Assembly (NCBI GenBank): GCA_951406725.2
Contig: OX597821.1
Location: forward strand, 92,938,001 to 93,002,000
Reading direction: 5' to 3'
DNA length: 64,000 nt
Origin: Octopus vulgaris
Taxonomy: Eukaryota
In this document: one piece after another, positions 14,282 to 29,689 of the stretch
Layout of the letters: each line of letters begins with the position of its first letter
Position numbering within the stretch: the stretch's first letter is position 1
Translations under genes and position numbers: made by a program
The notes under the pieces: generated by a model
What the model was told of the DNA's origin: nothing
Seen by the model: only the letters and a program-made list of their open reading frames with translations
Database searches by the model: none

Positions 14282-14431
14282 TATAGATATGTATGTATGT
14301 ATGTCTATATATATATGTATTTATAATTATAATTATATATATATATATATTTGTGTATATATATATGTGTATATATATGTATTTATAATTATAATTATAT
14401 ATATATATTTGTGTATATATATGTGTATATT

Positions 14432-14511
<80 letters not shown>

Positions 14512-14813
14512 TATTATATATATACATACATACATACATACAACTGAGCATGTACATGAATTGCAGAAAGAGAGAGAAAAATCATATTAATAAGTAAATA
14601 ACTTCACATATACATATGTATGTATGTATGCATGTATGTATGTACATATGTACATTAGCTTGATTACTCAATATTTGATTACTGTAAACATCTTTTAAAA
14701 AAACAAGTTTATTTATACATATATATATGTGTGTGTATATATATATACATACACATATATATGTATGTATATATATGTGTGTGTGTGCACATATGTGAGT
14801 GTATATATGTGTG

Positions 14814-14855
<42 letters not shown>

Positions 14856-16552
14856 TAATCAATTCACAGCCTATTTACAACGATTTTGGTGATGTTGACA
14901 TTTCATCCGTTTAGCTTAATTAAATATTTCACACTGCCAGGTATAAGGTGAGCAGGGCGCAGAAAGAGGCTACATGAGATTGTGGAAGTGATGGATATAA
15001 ATTGTGTGAATTTGTATGCAAATGAGGAAGAAGCCACGTGTGTATGTGTGCAAATGTGTACTTTATGTGTAGTATGATTGGATTGGTGAGTAGAGGGGAA
15101 AACACAAGTATGTTCCTTCATTACTTGTCAAACACAGTCATTGGTCAAAACTAAATATTATCAGCAGCTAACCTCAAGTCAGTTCCAGTTAATCAAAGGA
15201 AAACAAGACATATTTACTTGGAGCTTTTCGTGTTCTCAGAGTTTTTATTATTGTTTTTCTTTTTATGTCATCATTTTGGGGTTTTTTTTCTTTTTTGAAA
15301 ATGTTTTGTGACTTAGTTACATTTTTGTTTGGTTTTTACTTGTTTTTTTTTTCTTTTGTGGATTATGTTATTTTTTTCAAAGAAATGACTTGTAAAATTA
15401 TTGAAAAAATAAAAATTAATCAACTTTTTTTTTCTATTTAAATTATATTTTACATTAATTAAATATATTTATTTTTATTAATTAACATATGGATTTAAAG
15501 AAGTATGAGTGCTCATATATGCATCTGCATGTATGTGTATGCATGTATATGTGTGTATATATATATGTGTGTGTATATATATATATATAACATGTGTATG
15601 TGTGTGTGAATATATACTCAACCACGCATGCACACACCACATATACTTACCATATTCACTTTACACATTTATATATATTTATATACACTCTATATAAATT
15701 TATATATAATGTGTGTGTTGTGTGTGTGTGTGTGTGTGTGTGAGTATTCATTTAAAGAAACCATTTGTTTTTGTTGTAGATTATGATCTTCAATAATTAA
15801 ATTTCTATTATGCTTTCAGGATGTATTTTTACAGAAAATATTTTTTCAGTTTATTTTGTTCTTGTTTCTTGTTTTTTGTTTGTTTGTTTTTTTACCTTTT
15901 TTTTTTTTTTTTACTTCTTTCATTTCCATATTATCCCAATGTTTTAATTTTGGGTTCGATTCTTGCTGTAGGCCTAAAAACCAAAAGCAATTTAGAAACT
16001 TTAAAACAATGAAAATGGAATATTTATTCAGTTTAGACATGAAGAGGAAATTTTATTTCAAAACAAACTTCAGTTATTTTAATTTCATGTCAAAATCAAA
16101 CATGGTGATATGTTCGTATTTCTGAAAGAAGGCCTTGCCACCACACATATTCTTCTCATTCAAAAAGAATAAGAAAACATATAGTGGAAATGAGGTAACA
16201 GTTTGAAAAGAGATTGGCAGCTTATTTCGAGTGTTTTATTTCAATCAACCACAAGAAACTTTAAATGTGTTTTTTTTTTCTTCTTCTTCTTCCCTCCCTC
16301 TGGCTGAAGGATATTAAAATGGAGGAGGAAAATGAGATATTTTAAAATCTTTACTAGCACTATCTGCCTGAATTATCGTCGTTCTTGTAGGTAGAATTTA
16401 AAATGCTTCACGAGGATGATGGCGATGATAATTGTGGTGGTGGTAGTGATGTGTTGCATATTGCTTGCATGCAGAGAGCAGAAAGAACAAGAGATTTAGA
16501 AAGCTGGACAGAGACAGACAGAGACAAATAGCAGGATTAAATAGAATATATA

Positions 16553-16784
16553 TTTCTTTACTGCTCACAAGGGGGTAAAAATAGAGGGGACAAACAAGGA
16601 CAGATGAAGGGATTGAGTCGATTATATCGCCCCCAGTGCGAAACTGGTACTTTATTTATCGACCCCTGAAGGGATGAAAGGCAAAGTTGACCTCGACGAA
16701 ATTTGAACTCAGAACGTAACGATAGATGAAATACCGTTAAGCATTTCACCCGGCACGCTAACGTGTCTGCCAGCTCGCCGCCTT
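16553..16784 (-). mobile_element. tRNA-derived SINE family B
   Basis: Reverse complement of the GGCGGCGAGCTGGCAG..GAGTTCAAATT..GCCTTTCATCC..GGTCGATAAAT consensus; ATAGAATATA on both flanks. Confidence 0.88.
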
Positions 16785-17289
16785 ATAGAATATAGACTGA
16801 AAAATTGACTATCATAGACATTGGGTGTGAAATTCAATGACTTACAGACAGACAAGCAAACAATAAGTCAGACAAAGACAGAGAGACAGAGAGAGAGATG
16901 ATGATGAATTTAATGAAGTCTAGCAAACATATAGATAAGTAGTAGCAGACAGACAGACAGATAGCCTGATAAATGGACAGATAGACCAGCAGAGAAATTG
17001 AGGTTGATAGATAAACAGCTAGATAAACAACATCAGTCTTTGAAGTACTCATGCATCATGTCTCTCTCTGTGTCACTTTCTTTGTCCCTCTCTCTCTCTC
17101 ACCCACTCACTTCTTCTGCCTCCCTTTCTCTCATTCTCGCTCTTTCTCTACTTCTGTTTCTGTTTCTGTTTCTCTCTCTCTCTCTCTTTTGCAAAATATT
17201 CTCCAATATCCATTAGGTGTATATATGCCAAAAGTATGATATTTCAATCTCTCTACAGAATGACACATGCATATATTTGAACTGGTCTG

Positions 17290-17500
17290 AATAATAAATA
17301 AATATAAATAGTATGGAAAAATTCATAATCAAACAGAATGAGGTCACAGAATATGAAAAGACCTGATATTGTAGTTGTTGACAAAGAAACCAATAAATAG
17401 TGAATGAAGAATGAAGAAGTTCCATACAGAATATGTTAGAAACATAAGCTATAAGATAGACTGAACACATTGGTAACTAAAAGCCATAATTATTCCTTTC
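17290..17500 (+). mobile_element. Highly decayed R4/Dong-type LINE endonuclease fragment
   Basis: Encodes KRPDIVVVDKETNK, matching the RLE PD motif seen at 37205-37480. Confidence 0.5.
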
Positions 17501-18065
17501 TTGAAGTTTTTTGATGTTTAAAAGCCTGTCTAGACAGATTTATTTAGATTAAGAGGCTTTTGCTATACACTCACATTCACTATAATCAACATTAGCAAAT
17601 CAGAGGACCACAAAATTGCTTATAGTGAAGTCCAGAAGATTTATATGTATTCCAAACATATGACTGGGTCTTCAACAATTAGGATAACAAGAGCACCATG
17701 CTAACAGCTACACTATAAACACATATGGCAATATTAAATATTCTTTTGTTCAACCTCAAAGAACAATAGATGAGTTTTGTTTTTACTCTTGCTGGTCTGA
17801 AGGAAGGGGTAGAACCTATGACCTTCACAGGTCCTCCAAGATGAATGAGACTGATGTAATTAATGAACTTTTGTAAATCAGCAATTGTGGCCAACATGAG
17901 CAAAGGAAGGATGCCAGGGAGCCAGATTAGGGGCAATAACTAGATGACAATAAGAGAGTTCTATGCAGTCATTGTAACTGCTAAAACGAGCAGCCAAAGT
18001 TTGCTTTGATCACAGTCTACCATTTCCAAAAGTGAAGGCTCCCATTGGATGATATAGTAATCATA

Positions 18066-18295
18066 GACGGCGAGCTGGCAGAAACGTTAGCGCGGTGGGC
18101 GAAATGCTTAGCCATATTTCGTCTGTCATTACGTTCTGAGTTCAAATTCCGCCGAGGTCAACTTTGCCTTTCATCCTCTCGGGGTCGATAAATAAAGTAC
18201 CAGTTTCGCACTGGGTCGATGTAATCGACTTAATCCGTTTGTCCGTCCTTGTTTGTCCCCTCTATGTTTAGCCCCTTGTGGGTAGTAAAGAAATA
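18066..18295 (+). mobile_element. tRNA-derived SINE family B
   Basis: Full-length copy; 15-bp TSD GATATAGTAATCATA (18051-18065 and 18296-18310). The central domain resembles the Meta domain from memory (unverified). Confidence 0.92.
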
Positions 18296-18486
18296 GATAT
18301 AGTAATCATAACAGAATCTGCATTAAAGGTGTGATCGTCATGGATTGAATGTGTTTATCTACTCACTGAGGATTGGATAAGGGCTAAACAACAACAACAA
18401 ACAAATATATACAATATACCTTTACAACCCATGCTAGCATGGAAAGCAGATGTTAAAAGATGATGATGATGATGATGATGATATTA

Positions 18487-18700
18487 AGGAGGTCATCTGG
18501 TAGAACCATTAGTACACTGGGAAAAATGTTTAGCAGCATTTCAACCGTTTTATACATTCTGAGTTCAAATTCTGCCAAGGTTGACTTTGTCTTTCATCCT
18601 TTCAGGATCGATAAAATAAGTACAAGTTAAGCATTGGATATATTCAACTTACCCTTTTCCCCAAAATGTTGACCTAGTGCCAAAATTTGAAACCAATATC
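18487..18700 (+). mobile_element. Older family B variant with a different 3' tail
   Basis: Diverged B head and central domain (TTCTGAGTTCAAATTCTGCCAAGGTTGACTTTG). Confidence 0.7.
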
Positions 18701-19024
18701 ATCATCATTATCATCAACATTTAACGTCCAGTTTCCACACTGGTATTGGTTGGGCATCTAGACAGGAACTGGCAAGACCAGGGGCCCACACCAGGTTATA
18801 TAATCTGCTTTGGCTTGGTTTCTTTGGTTGGATGCCCTTCCCAAATCCAACCACACTACAGAGTGTACTGGGTGTTTTTTACAGGGCTCCATCACCAGTG
18901 CTTTTTGAGTGGTCTTGAGTGACACCAGCATCCATCTAATATCACCATGACAAACCAGGTCGTATTAGAGTGTGTTAGATTATAGATGATGTAGCTCAAC
19001 TAACTCAGCCAAGGAATGGTATCC

Positions 19025-19061
<37 letters not shown>

Positions 19062-19340
19062 TTAACATCCGTTTTCCATGCCAGCATGGGTTGGACAGTT
19101 TGACCAGGGCTGGTAAGCTGGTGGGATGCACTATGCTTCAATCTCGTTTGGCATGGTTTCTACAGCTGGATGACCTTCCTAACACCAACCACTCTGAGAG
19201 TGCAATGGGTGATTTTCCGTGCGACTGGCATGGGCACCAGTTGCATGACACCAATATCTGCCATGATTATGATTTCACTTGGATTGAGGAGTCCTCTACT
19301 CGAGCAGAGAAAATTGCTGAAGGTCTTAGTCATTTCTCAT
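19025..19340 (-). mobile_element. SINE-like repeat family C
   Basis: (CAT)n tail plus tttccatgccagcatgggttggacag and ctggatgaccttcctaacaccaaccac. Confidence 0.78.
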
Positions 19341-19666
19341 TGCCTCCACAAGATAAATTTAATGGACAATATATGGATTTAACTAATCCAGTGATACTCA
19401 TAAAGAAAATTCCTTAACGGATCAGGCTACAAACAATATTGTACACCAAAACAAAATAAAGGGGTGTAATGTATAATCCAATGCAGTATGGATCCAGTAA
19501 ATCCAGCGGGATTTATTACCTATTAATTATTTTTTATTTTATTTATTATACAATCAAAATAAATTATCATTATATCATAAAGGGTGTGAAACAATTGTCA
19601 TTGTATGGATGTCAATTGGTGAAATAAATTTTTTCATCTTACACATCCTGTCTTTCGTTATATTTC

Positions 19667-19699
<33 letters not shown>

Positions 19700-19821
19700 G
19701 GTCAATTCAACTGAACAAACAATAAGATTTTAAATAACAGTCAACAAGAGGATGTGCACAAGGAATGTATTAGTTTGATGCTCAGTAAAAACAGAAAGTT
19801 TTTGACATTTTGAGCATAGAT

Positions 19822-20250
19822 GTAGGAGTGGCTGTGTGGTAAGTAGCTTGCTTACCAATCACATGGTTCCGGGTTCAGTCTCACTGCATGGCACCTTGGG
19901 CAAGTGCCTCGGGTCAACCAAAGCCTTGTGAGTGGTTTTAGTAGACAGAAACTGAAAGAAGCCCATCGTATATATGTAAATATATATATATATATATAAA
20001 TGTGTGTGTATGTCTGTGTGTGTATATGTTTGTGTGTATATGCTTGTGTGTCTGTGTTTGTCCCCACAACATCACTTGATAACTGATGCTGGTGTATTTA
20101 CGTCCCTGTAACTTAACAGTTCGGCAAAAAGAAACCGATAGAATAAGCACTAGACTTACAAAGAATGAGTCCTGGGGTCAATTTGTTCGACTAAAGGTGG
20201 TGCTCCAGCATGGCCACCGTCAAATGACTGAAACAAGTAAAAGAGTAAAA
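19822..20250 (+). mobile_element. tRNA-derived SINE family A
   Basis: GGAGTGGCTGTGTGGTAAG..GGTTCAGTC head, internal microsatellite, CCAGCATGGCC..GAAACAAGTAAAAGAG tail. Confidence 0.88.
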
Positions 20251-20296
20251 GTGTAATAACACGTGTGTAGTTACATTGCTGAAGTCGTATATATAT

Positions 20297-20343
<47 letters not shown>

Positions 20344-20344
20344 T

Positions 20345-20675
20345 AAAGGGTAAAGAACCCCTTTGGTCATGAATGTTCATGGGATTGCACTTAGAAAGTT
20401 CCCCTCCAAGACACAAGTCCTGGCAACTTTATGGAAGACCAGCAGTTGCCCATGCACAGGAGCCTCCCTTCTCTACCTCCAATGTTATCCAAGGGAAAGG
20501 TAAAGGCCAATACAGCTTGGCACCAGTGATGTCACGACTTATTTCTACAGATAAGTGAAGTGGAGCAACGTGAAATAAAGTGTCTTACTCAAGAACACAA
20601 CACACAGCCCAGCCTGGGAACTGAACTCACTACCTCATGATTGTGAGCCCGAAGCTCTAACCACTGAGCCATGCA
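20345..20675 (-). mobile_element. tRNA-derived SINE family D
   Basis: Reverse-complement homologue of 8345-8685. Confidence 0.8.
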
Positions 20676-20887
20676 TAGATCTTGGATTGAACTCCAGTCG
20701 ATCAACTTAATCCCTGTGTGGTATAGATACTTCTAATCAGGGCCAATCAACAGCGAATAATTTTTACATGAATACATTGCAGATACCTGCGTTGCTTCGA
20801 AGTGCCAGGTCACAGTTTAGCACCTACTCCATGACATTTGTTGCTACTTACTACAACAACAACGACAGTAAAACAGCAGAAGTATTT

Positions 20888-20977
<90 letters not shown>

Positions 20978-21282
20978 GAAAACTGAATAATAAAAAGGCA
21001 CACACACACATACACACACACACATACAGATACATAAACAAACGAAAAAGCGAAATCAAATGCAATGAAATGAAATAAATAACTGTAAAAAATGTATTTA
21101 TTCAAATGTTAACAAGTGTTTCCTCTTCTATCTTCCATTGTCAACGACTACACTGACAACATTACGACAGAGGCTTTTGTTGTTGCCGGAGAATTAATTT
21201 TCCAATCCGTACATTTGAATTCAAACAAATAGCTGCCAAATTGAAAAGGAAGGACAACATTAACATCAGCAACAACAACAGC

Positions 21283-21318
<36 letters not shown>

Positions 21319-22313
21319 AAAAACAACAACAACAGCAATGAATGCTACTACTACTACTACTATTACTACTACTACTACTATTAATATTACTACTATTACT
21401 ATTATTAGATATACGTCGAAAACAACAACGTATAATATACAAAAAGCAACGACAAACAAAAATGTAGTGAATGAACAGCAAAATAACGCACACTCCTTTG
21501 GAAGCATAAACATCTGCACACGCATGCACACACAAATGCACACACAAATACACACACACACACACACATACATATATGAATGTTGAGTCAGATACATATA
21601 TATACATTCACACACCCATATATTTATATATGCATGTAAGCATTTTTACATACACACTCATACAAGAACACTTATATACATGTACACATATATGCATACA
21701 TACACATATATACATATGCACATACCTTCACACACATGCATGCATAAGCACATACATCCATATATATATACATTCATACATACACATATATATATATATA
21801 TACATAAATACACACAAACCGAAACATACATACACATATGCATACAAAGACATTGATACAAACACACATATACACAAACGTACATGCATACATACACACA
21901 TACAAATGTACACGCATGCATACATACACTTGAACACATTCACATATACATATGCATGCCCTTATATACACACATACATGCCTAGATATATACGCATATA
22001 TACATAGATACATATACATTCACACGTGCATAAACACATGCAAAGGCACATGCACATACATACATACATACATAATACATACATGCATTAGCATACACAT
22101 TCACATACACCTATGTACATGCATATACACACACACAAAGGCATACACACATACATATGTACGTACACACATATGCACATATACACACGAGCATGCATGC
22201 ATACATGCATACATACATACACACACATACATACACATGCATACAAACATACATACATACACATACATACACATGCATGGTTACATACATACGTACATAC
22301 ATACATACGTACA

Positions 22314-22346
<33 letters not shown>

Positions 22347-22362
22347 TAATATATATATATAA

Positions 22363-22576
<214 letters not shown>

Positions 22577-22911
22577 TCACATGTACATGAAAATTGTTGC
22601 TTTTAGACTTTTAAAACACCTGAATGTATAATTTTGTGTAATTCATATTAGTTTCCAATCCCCCATTGAAAGAGAAGGTGAGGCAGATGCTGGAGAAGAA
22701 GGTCTTTACAAATGTATTCTTGTTATTTATTTTGTTATAAGATTTTTGGCCCCTTGTTTTTGTTGTTTTGTTGCTGAGCTTGTATTACATTTTGTTTATT
22801 GTTTAGTTTTTGTTGTTTTCTATGTACTCTTATTTTTTTCTTTTTGTGTTATGTTTTTATTTTTTACTTCATGATGATGGAAAACCTCACCTAATCTGTA
22901 TTTAACTGCCA

Positions 22912-22964
<53 letters not shown>

Positions 22965-23168
22965 TCATTTTGTTCCCCCATCATTCCCCCAAACACACAA
23001 TTTTTGTTCATATATATAAATACACACACACAAACACACACACACACACACACACAAACACACATATATAATATACATAGATATATAATATATATATGTA
23101 TATATGTATATATACATTGCTTATACATATATACATATATGATTATATATATATGTGTGTGTATACAT

Positions 23169-23199
<31 letters not shown>

Positions 23200-23200
23200 T

Positions 23201-23239
<39 letters not shown>

Positions 23240-23374
23240 CAGATAGATAGATAGATAGGTAGGTAGATAGATAGATATGTATATATGTATATACATGTTA
23301 TATATATGTATATAAATATATATCTATATATATATATAAGTATACATGTACATATATATGTACGTATGTATGTG

Positions 23375-23405
<31 letters not shown>

Positions 23406-23412
23406 TTATATG

Positions 23413-23447
<35 letters not shown>

Positions 23448-23796
23448 TTATATGTATGCATGTACGCATATATATATATGTATGTATGTATATATAAATA
23501 TATGTATATATATACATATATATATACATATATATGTATGTATATATATATATATGCATATATATATATATACATATATTTATTATTTATATATATATAT
23601 ATATTTATTATTTATACATATATATATATATCATTCATCCTACCATTCTTGCTGGCATTGATTATCTGTCTGTATTGGTTCACTTTGACAGCTGTTGAAA
23701 TAAATATCGGAAAGCATTGCAGACAAAATACATGTTAGAACTGATTATGTCCAAATGTATTATATGATAAATGATGATAACATCACCTAAAAGAAG

Positions 23797-23832
<36 letters not shown>

Positions 23833-23835
23833 AAC

Positions 23836-23881
<46 letters not shown>

Positions 23882-24606
23882 GCAACTCAATGGGGGGGGG
23901 AAAAGCATAATGCCTATACAGTAAAACAGAAAAGCAAAATTTTATATACAGGATGACAATAGCTGATTTTCAAGAGGTCTTGCCAAATGTTTGCAAAAGT
24001 GTTTTCGAGTTACAAAGGTGATTCTATGAATTGTAATAAAATGATTTGTTTGAGTGAATGAAATTGTAAGGTCAGAAAACATAGATTTCTCTGTCTTAAC
24101 ATTAGTCCAATGTTTCAGTATTTGATAGGAAATGTTCTACTGCCCTTTGTCATGGCTTACAAATCTGAATGCAATATGTCTTGGTATCTCTGCTGTTGTG
24201 TGTTATAGATGCATAGTCTAACACCTATGCAAGATTATTGTAGTCATATTCCTAATTTATTGACACTTTCAGCTCTTTTCTCTTTTAAGCATTTAATTCA
24301 TTCTGTTTTATTTAACATTATTTAACAGTTTGTATCTATAATCAAAACGTTTTCAGTAAATTATTTTGCAGCAGATTATTTCTATAGACACTGGGTGGTA
24401 ATTTTTCTTGCTAGAAATAGCAACCAAATCTCCCTCAAGTCACAGCATATCGTATTTAAAAAAAGGATACATTAATCAATCAATTATCATGATCATTTAA
24501 CGTTTGCTTTCCATGCTGGCATGGGTTGAACGGGTTGATTGGTGCTGGCTAGGCAGAAGACTGCACCAGGCTTCTGTGTCTGTTTTGGTAATATTTTTTC
24601 AGCTAA

Positions 24607-24823
24607 AGGCAGCGAGCGAGCAGAATTGTTAATACATCGGGTGAAATGCTTAGTGGTCTTTTTGTCTGGATTTATGTTCTGAGTTCAAATTCTGCCAAGG
24701 TCAACTTTGCCTTTCATCCTTTCAGGGCTGATAAATTAAGTACCAGTTGCACACTGGGGTCTATCTACTCGACTGGCCTCTCCCCCAAAATTTCACGCCT
24801 TGTGCGTATAGTAAAAAGGATTA
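24607..24823 (+). mobile_element. Family B variant SINE nested in a family C copy
   Basis: B head and central domain; family C sequence on both sides (24485-24605 and from 24825). Confidence 0.75.
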
Positions 24824-25496
24824 TTTTTACGGCTGGGTACCCTTCCAAATGTAAACCATTTTATAGTGTGGACTATATTTTTTTATGTGATACCAGCACT
24901 GCCAGAGTTACCAAGTAACTTGCATGACAAAGATCCTTTGCGAGGGGGGACAGCATTGCAAGAGGAGATCTTGTACCAGATAATGAAAGGTTAGAGTGTG
25001 ACTGAAGAGACGCATGGTTACCTGGTCAAAGAGAGAGAGGGAGAGTTCTAAATATACAAAACAGGAATGGTCATAACTGAAATGTTTTTGACTAATCAGG
25101 ACTGAGCTATGGCAAAACAAGCACAAAAAACAAAAGCAAATAATTTCTACAATAAAGACCCGACAAATAACGTGACTTCATGGCTGTTTCCTGCACCAGT
25201 TTCACAGAGCAGCCCCAGTTCATCCAAAGTACCTTGGATCGCAGAATGGCCTGCTGTGCTTACCTTGGATTGTAGGGCAACCTGCTGTGCTTGAGGAGAC
25301 ATATTGAGTCAAAATAAAAAATCAAATGGAAATTGTAGTTGTGATACCTGTGCCGGTGGCATGTATAAAAGCACCATCCGAACGTGGCCGATGCCACAGC
25401 CGCCTTGACTGCCAGCCTCCCTTGGCACCTGTGCTAGTGGCACGTAAAGAGCACCCACTACACTCACAGAGTGGTTGGTGTTAGGAAGCGCATCCA

Positions 25497-25893
25497 AGGG
25501 ACTACACACAGAGGGGACAAACAAGGACAGTCAAACGGATTAAGTCGATTATATCGACCCCAGTGCGTAACTGGCACTTATTTAATCGACCCCGAAAGGA
25601 TAAAAGGCAAAGTCGATCTCGGAGGAACTTGAACTCTGAACATAAACACAGACGAAATACCTATTTCTTTACTACCCACAAGGGGCTAAGCACAGAGAGG
25701 ACAAGCAAGGACAGACAAACAGATTAAGTCGATTATATCGACCCCAGTGCGTAACTGTTACTTATTTAATCGACCCCGAAAGGATGAAAGGCAAAGTCGA
25801 CCTCGGCGGAATTTGAACTCAGAACGTAACGGCAGACGAAATACGGCTATGCATTTCGCCCGGCGTGCTAACGTTTCTGCCAGTTCACTGCCT
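25497..25893 (-). mobile_element. Tandem pair of family B SINEs (one partial, one full)
   Basis: Two consecutive copies of cacagag..gacaa..gattaagtcgattatatcgaccccagtgcgtaactg..gacgaaatac. Confidence 0.85.
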
Positions 25894-26362
25894 CGTGTAA
25901 GAGAAAATATTGCGCTGCTACTGGCATATGATGCCGCAGGCATGAAAAATTGCCAGGGGGTAAAAGTAGAAGGAAACTGAAAAAGAGAAAAACTAAGGCG
26001 CACAAAGAACGAAGTGATGGAAACTGAACACAAGAACACAAGGGACAGCAACGAGTAATGAGATTGTATATGCCGGGGAGGATCCGTTCAACCCGTGCAA
26101 GTACAGAAAGAGAGACATATGTAAAAAAAAAAAGGCTCATACGATCATCTCTCTCCCTCTCTTTGTTCTTTTATACCTATTACTAATTTCAGTCACAAGA
26201 TTGTGATCATGTTGGAGTACCAGATTGTATGTATGTATGTATGTATGTATGTGTATGTATGTATGTATGTATGTGTGTATGTATGTATGTATGTATGTAT
26301 GTATGTATGTACGCATGAATGTATGTATGCATGTTTGTATATGCACATATTCACGCCACTCC

Positions 26363-26393
<31 letters not shown>

Positions 26394-26394
26394 A

Positions 26395-26499
26395 CACAAT
26401 TATTTCTTCTTCCACTCTTTCTTCTTTCTTCCCTTCTCCATCGACACCCCTTTCAGATACACAAGCACCCATACACACACGCGCACATACACACACACA

Positions 26500-26585
<86 letters not shown>

Positions 26586-27100
26586 AAACAATGATAAAAA
26601 GAAATCCAAACAAATTCTTAAGAAGTGACATTTTGCCCCCTTGAAGTGACCAGCTGGGTTTGCCATTTCTAAAAACAAAGAATCATTTACTATTGAAAGA
26701 CTGATCAGCTGCAAAGATATCAACGGATTTTTTCTTCTTTCTCTCCTCCTCCCTCTTTTCAGTCCCTTTTCCATTTGACACCTCTTTCAAATACACAGAC
26801 ACCCCCACACACGCGCGCACATACATACACACACACACACTCTCTCTCTCTCTTTCTATCTCTCACAAGACAATGATAAAAAGAAATCCAGACAATTTTT
26901 TGAAAAGGGACATTTTGCCCCCCTTGGAGTGACCAGCTGGGTTTGCCATTTCTAAAAGCCAAGAATCATTTACTATTGAAAGACTGACCAGCTGTAAAGA
27001 TACCAACAATTTTTTCTTCTTTTTCTCCTTCTTCCTTTCCTTCTGTTTTCTTTAACACTTCCTTCAGATACAAAACACACACACGTGCTCTCTCTCACTT
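26395..27100. repeat. Local tandem duplication (~285-bp unit including a microsatellite)
   Basis: 26590-26760 and 26872-27040 are highly similar (aatgataaaaagaaatcca..gtgaccagctgggtttgccatttctaaaa..tactattgaaagactga). Confidence 0.85.
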
Positions 27101-27322
27101 TCTCTCCATTCCTCACCCTCTTGTACTATCTTATATCTCTCCCCACCCCTACACACTCAATAATACTATAAAAGAGACAAAATTCCTGCAAAAGTTCAAT
27201 TTGACAACTCTACTAGAGTGGACGAAAGCGCTAATATATGATATATGATTTATAAAAACATGTAACATACTAATAAATATCTGTAAATATAAAACCATCC
27301 AGATTTCTGAGTACCTCATTTC

Positions 27323-27360
<38 letters not shown>

Positions 27361-27363
<3 letters not shown>

Positions 27364-27492
27364 GCAAAAGAGACCGATAGAATAAGTACTAGGCTTACAA
27401 AGAATAAGTTCTGGGGTCGATTCGCTCGACTAACGGCGGTGCTCCAGCATGACCACAGTCACATGACTGAAACAAGTAAAAGAATAAAAGAG
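27361..27492 (+). mobile_element. 3' half of a family A SINE
   Basis: tcggcaaaagagaccgatagaataagtac..ccagcatgaccacagtcacatgactgaaacaagtaaaag. Confidence 0.8.
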
Positions 27493-27526
27493 TATGTATA
27501 CATACATATATATGTATACATACATA

Positions 27527-27567
<41 letters not shown>

Positions 27568-27568
27568 G

Positions 27569-27717
27569 TCTGGGGAGAGTCATTTTCCTTTTTGTGTCTT
27601 ATAATTTAACACACTCACCGGTAAAATTTCCACTTATTCCTTATTTTTATTTTCCTAAAGTTTTACCGGTGAGTGTGTTAAATTATAAGACACAAAAAGA
27701 AAATGACTCTCGCCAGA
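27569..27717. repeat. Fold-back inverted repeat (~57-bp arms) beside (TA)n
   Basis: 27569-27626 versus 27661-27717, near-perfect reverse complements. Confidence 0.85.
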
Positions 27718-27800
27718 AACAACAGAATATGCTTCAAAACACGAACTCACATAAAGTATCTTGCAAGCCAAATCCCAAAATATATATATATATATATATA

Positions 27801-27906
<106 letters not shown>

Positions 27907-29072
27907 TGTATGTATGTAAGTGTGTGTGTGTGCATCTTTTGCAGATTTCGAACTGCTAACCTAAAATTCAGTAATCTGATATCTTATTCATTCACTTTTG
28001 CTACAGTAGTTGACTAGAAAAGGTTATTGAAAATTTACTTTATATACACAGGAAGGAAGAACATAAGAATTATACGAACACATGGCCAAGAAAACAATGC
28101 CCTGACACTCGCTTTAGGTATTTATATTGCTTTCAATGAAATACATAACTGAAGATCTAGAGATTAATCGGTAGCAACCAACAAAGATACAAACACAAAC
28201 TACAATAAATAACAAGCAAAAAAGAAAAGAAAAGAAGGGACACATTAGTTCTCTTGATCTAAATAAACAGATGACTGACAAGAATAGAATATTGAAATCG
28301 CAATTATGGCGTGAATAATACATTAGAGACGATTAATAAAATAATGGTTCAGTAACTACGGAACACAATGGCATTTCTGGTATTCCTATGTTCATTGTGC
28401 TTTAATTATTGAATATTTTTTTTCTTTTTTAATTATTGAATCTTTTGTTGATGAAGATTGAAGATAAATTCATGAAAACACGGCTATTGAACTTTACTCT
28501 TCATCTCCTTTCATTTTCTATTTTCGGTAAATGGTATTTTCTAACTCGCTAGGCACAGCGTCTAGGTGTTGGTTAGATACATTCAGAGAGTGTCCAGCTG
28601 TCGGCTGACTGGACTGAACAGACACAGTTCTTTCACTGTCATAAAGATAGATACTGCAACAAGTGCTTGATCAAACAGATAATGTGTCTAACTGGGACAT
28701 ATAATGTGCTTATAAGTTGAATCTTATCTATCTACTAGTTACCAACCTGTGCAATACAGTAGAAATGTTACTGGTAAATAGGTACAAACGCTGTCGTGCT
28801 GCTATTTAGTATTGCACATTTCTCACTGTCTATAAGCCATGCATAGTTTCACTGCCAATAAATTCACTCAGTGTCTTACTCTCCACAAAGTAGATTCAGA
28901 GCCTTTCAAACAAGAAATGTCTACAATCGAGATACGTAAATATCAAATCAGGAAGGACGTAAGTTTTAGTTAGAAAAAAAAAAGAAGAGAAAACCGAACA
29001 CTCATCACTGTCGACCGCGGAGTGGCTATGTTCTCTAGGCAGAAAAGGCCCAGGTAGAAACTCTATACTGTA

Positions 29073-29290
29073 GGCGAGCGGCAGAAACGTTAGCACGACG
29101 GGCGAAACGCTTAGCAGTATTTCGGCTGCCGTTACGTTCAGAGTTCAAATTCCGCTTTGCCTTTCATCCTTTCGGGGGTCGACAAATTAAGTACCAGTTA
29201 CGCACTGGGGTCGATGCAATCGACTAAATCCCTTTGTCTGTCCTTGTTTGTCCCCTTTATGTTTAGCCCCTTGTGGGCAATAAAGAAATA
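29073..29290 (+). mobile_element. tRNA-derived SINE family B
   Basis: 17-bp TSD AGAAACTCTA(T/A)ACTGTA (29056-29072 and 29291-29307). Confidence 0.9.
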
Positions 29291-29689
29291 AGAAACTCTA
29301 AACTGTACGTAGACGAATAGCGAAGAAGGATTTCGTACTCACAGGAGTAGCTAGCAGTAGAACGCCCAGCAAAGGAAGTGCCGCAATTGCCAGAAAGATT
29401 CCATGATAATTGATAGTAGGATAGTAACTGTTACTTAAATTTCTTAATCAGCAATGGACGTGTGTCTTGCTAAAGAGTAGGGTTTAAAAAAATGTTAATG
29501 AAGCTATTCCTACTATTGAAGGAAATGTTATATTAGCTAATACAGAACTACATATTCTTAGAAAGACATGATGGCCATGACTGAAATACCCTCAATCACA
29601 GGCCGGCTTGATCAAAGCTGACCTGGCGATCAAAGCTGACCTAACATTATAATGACGCTTTGGTACAGAGCACTATATTGCATGATAGT

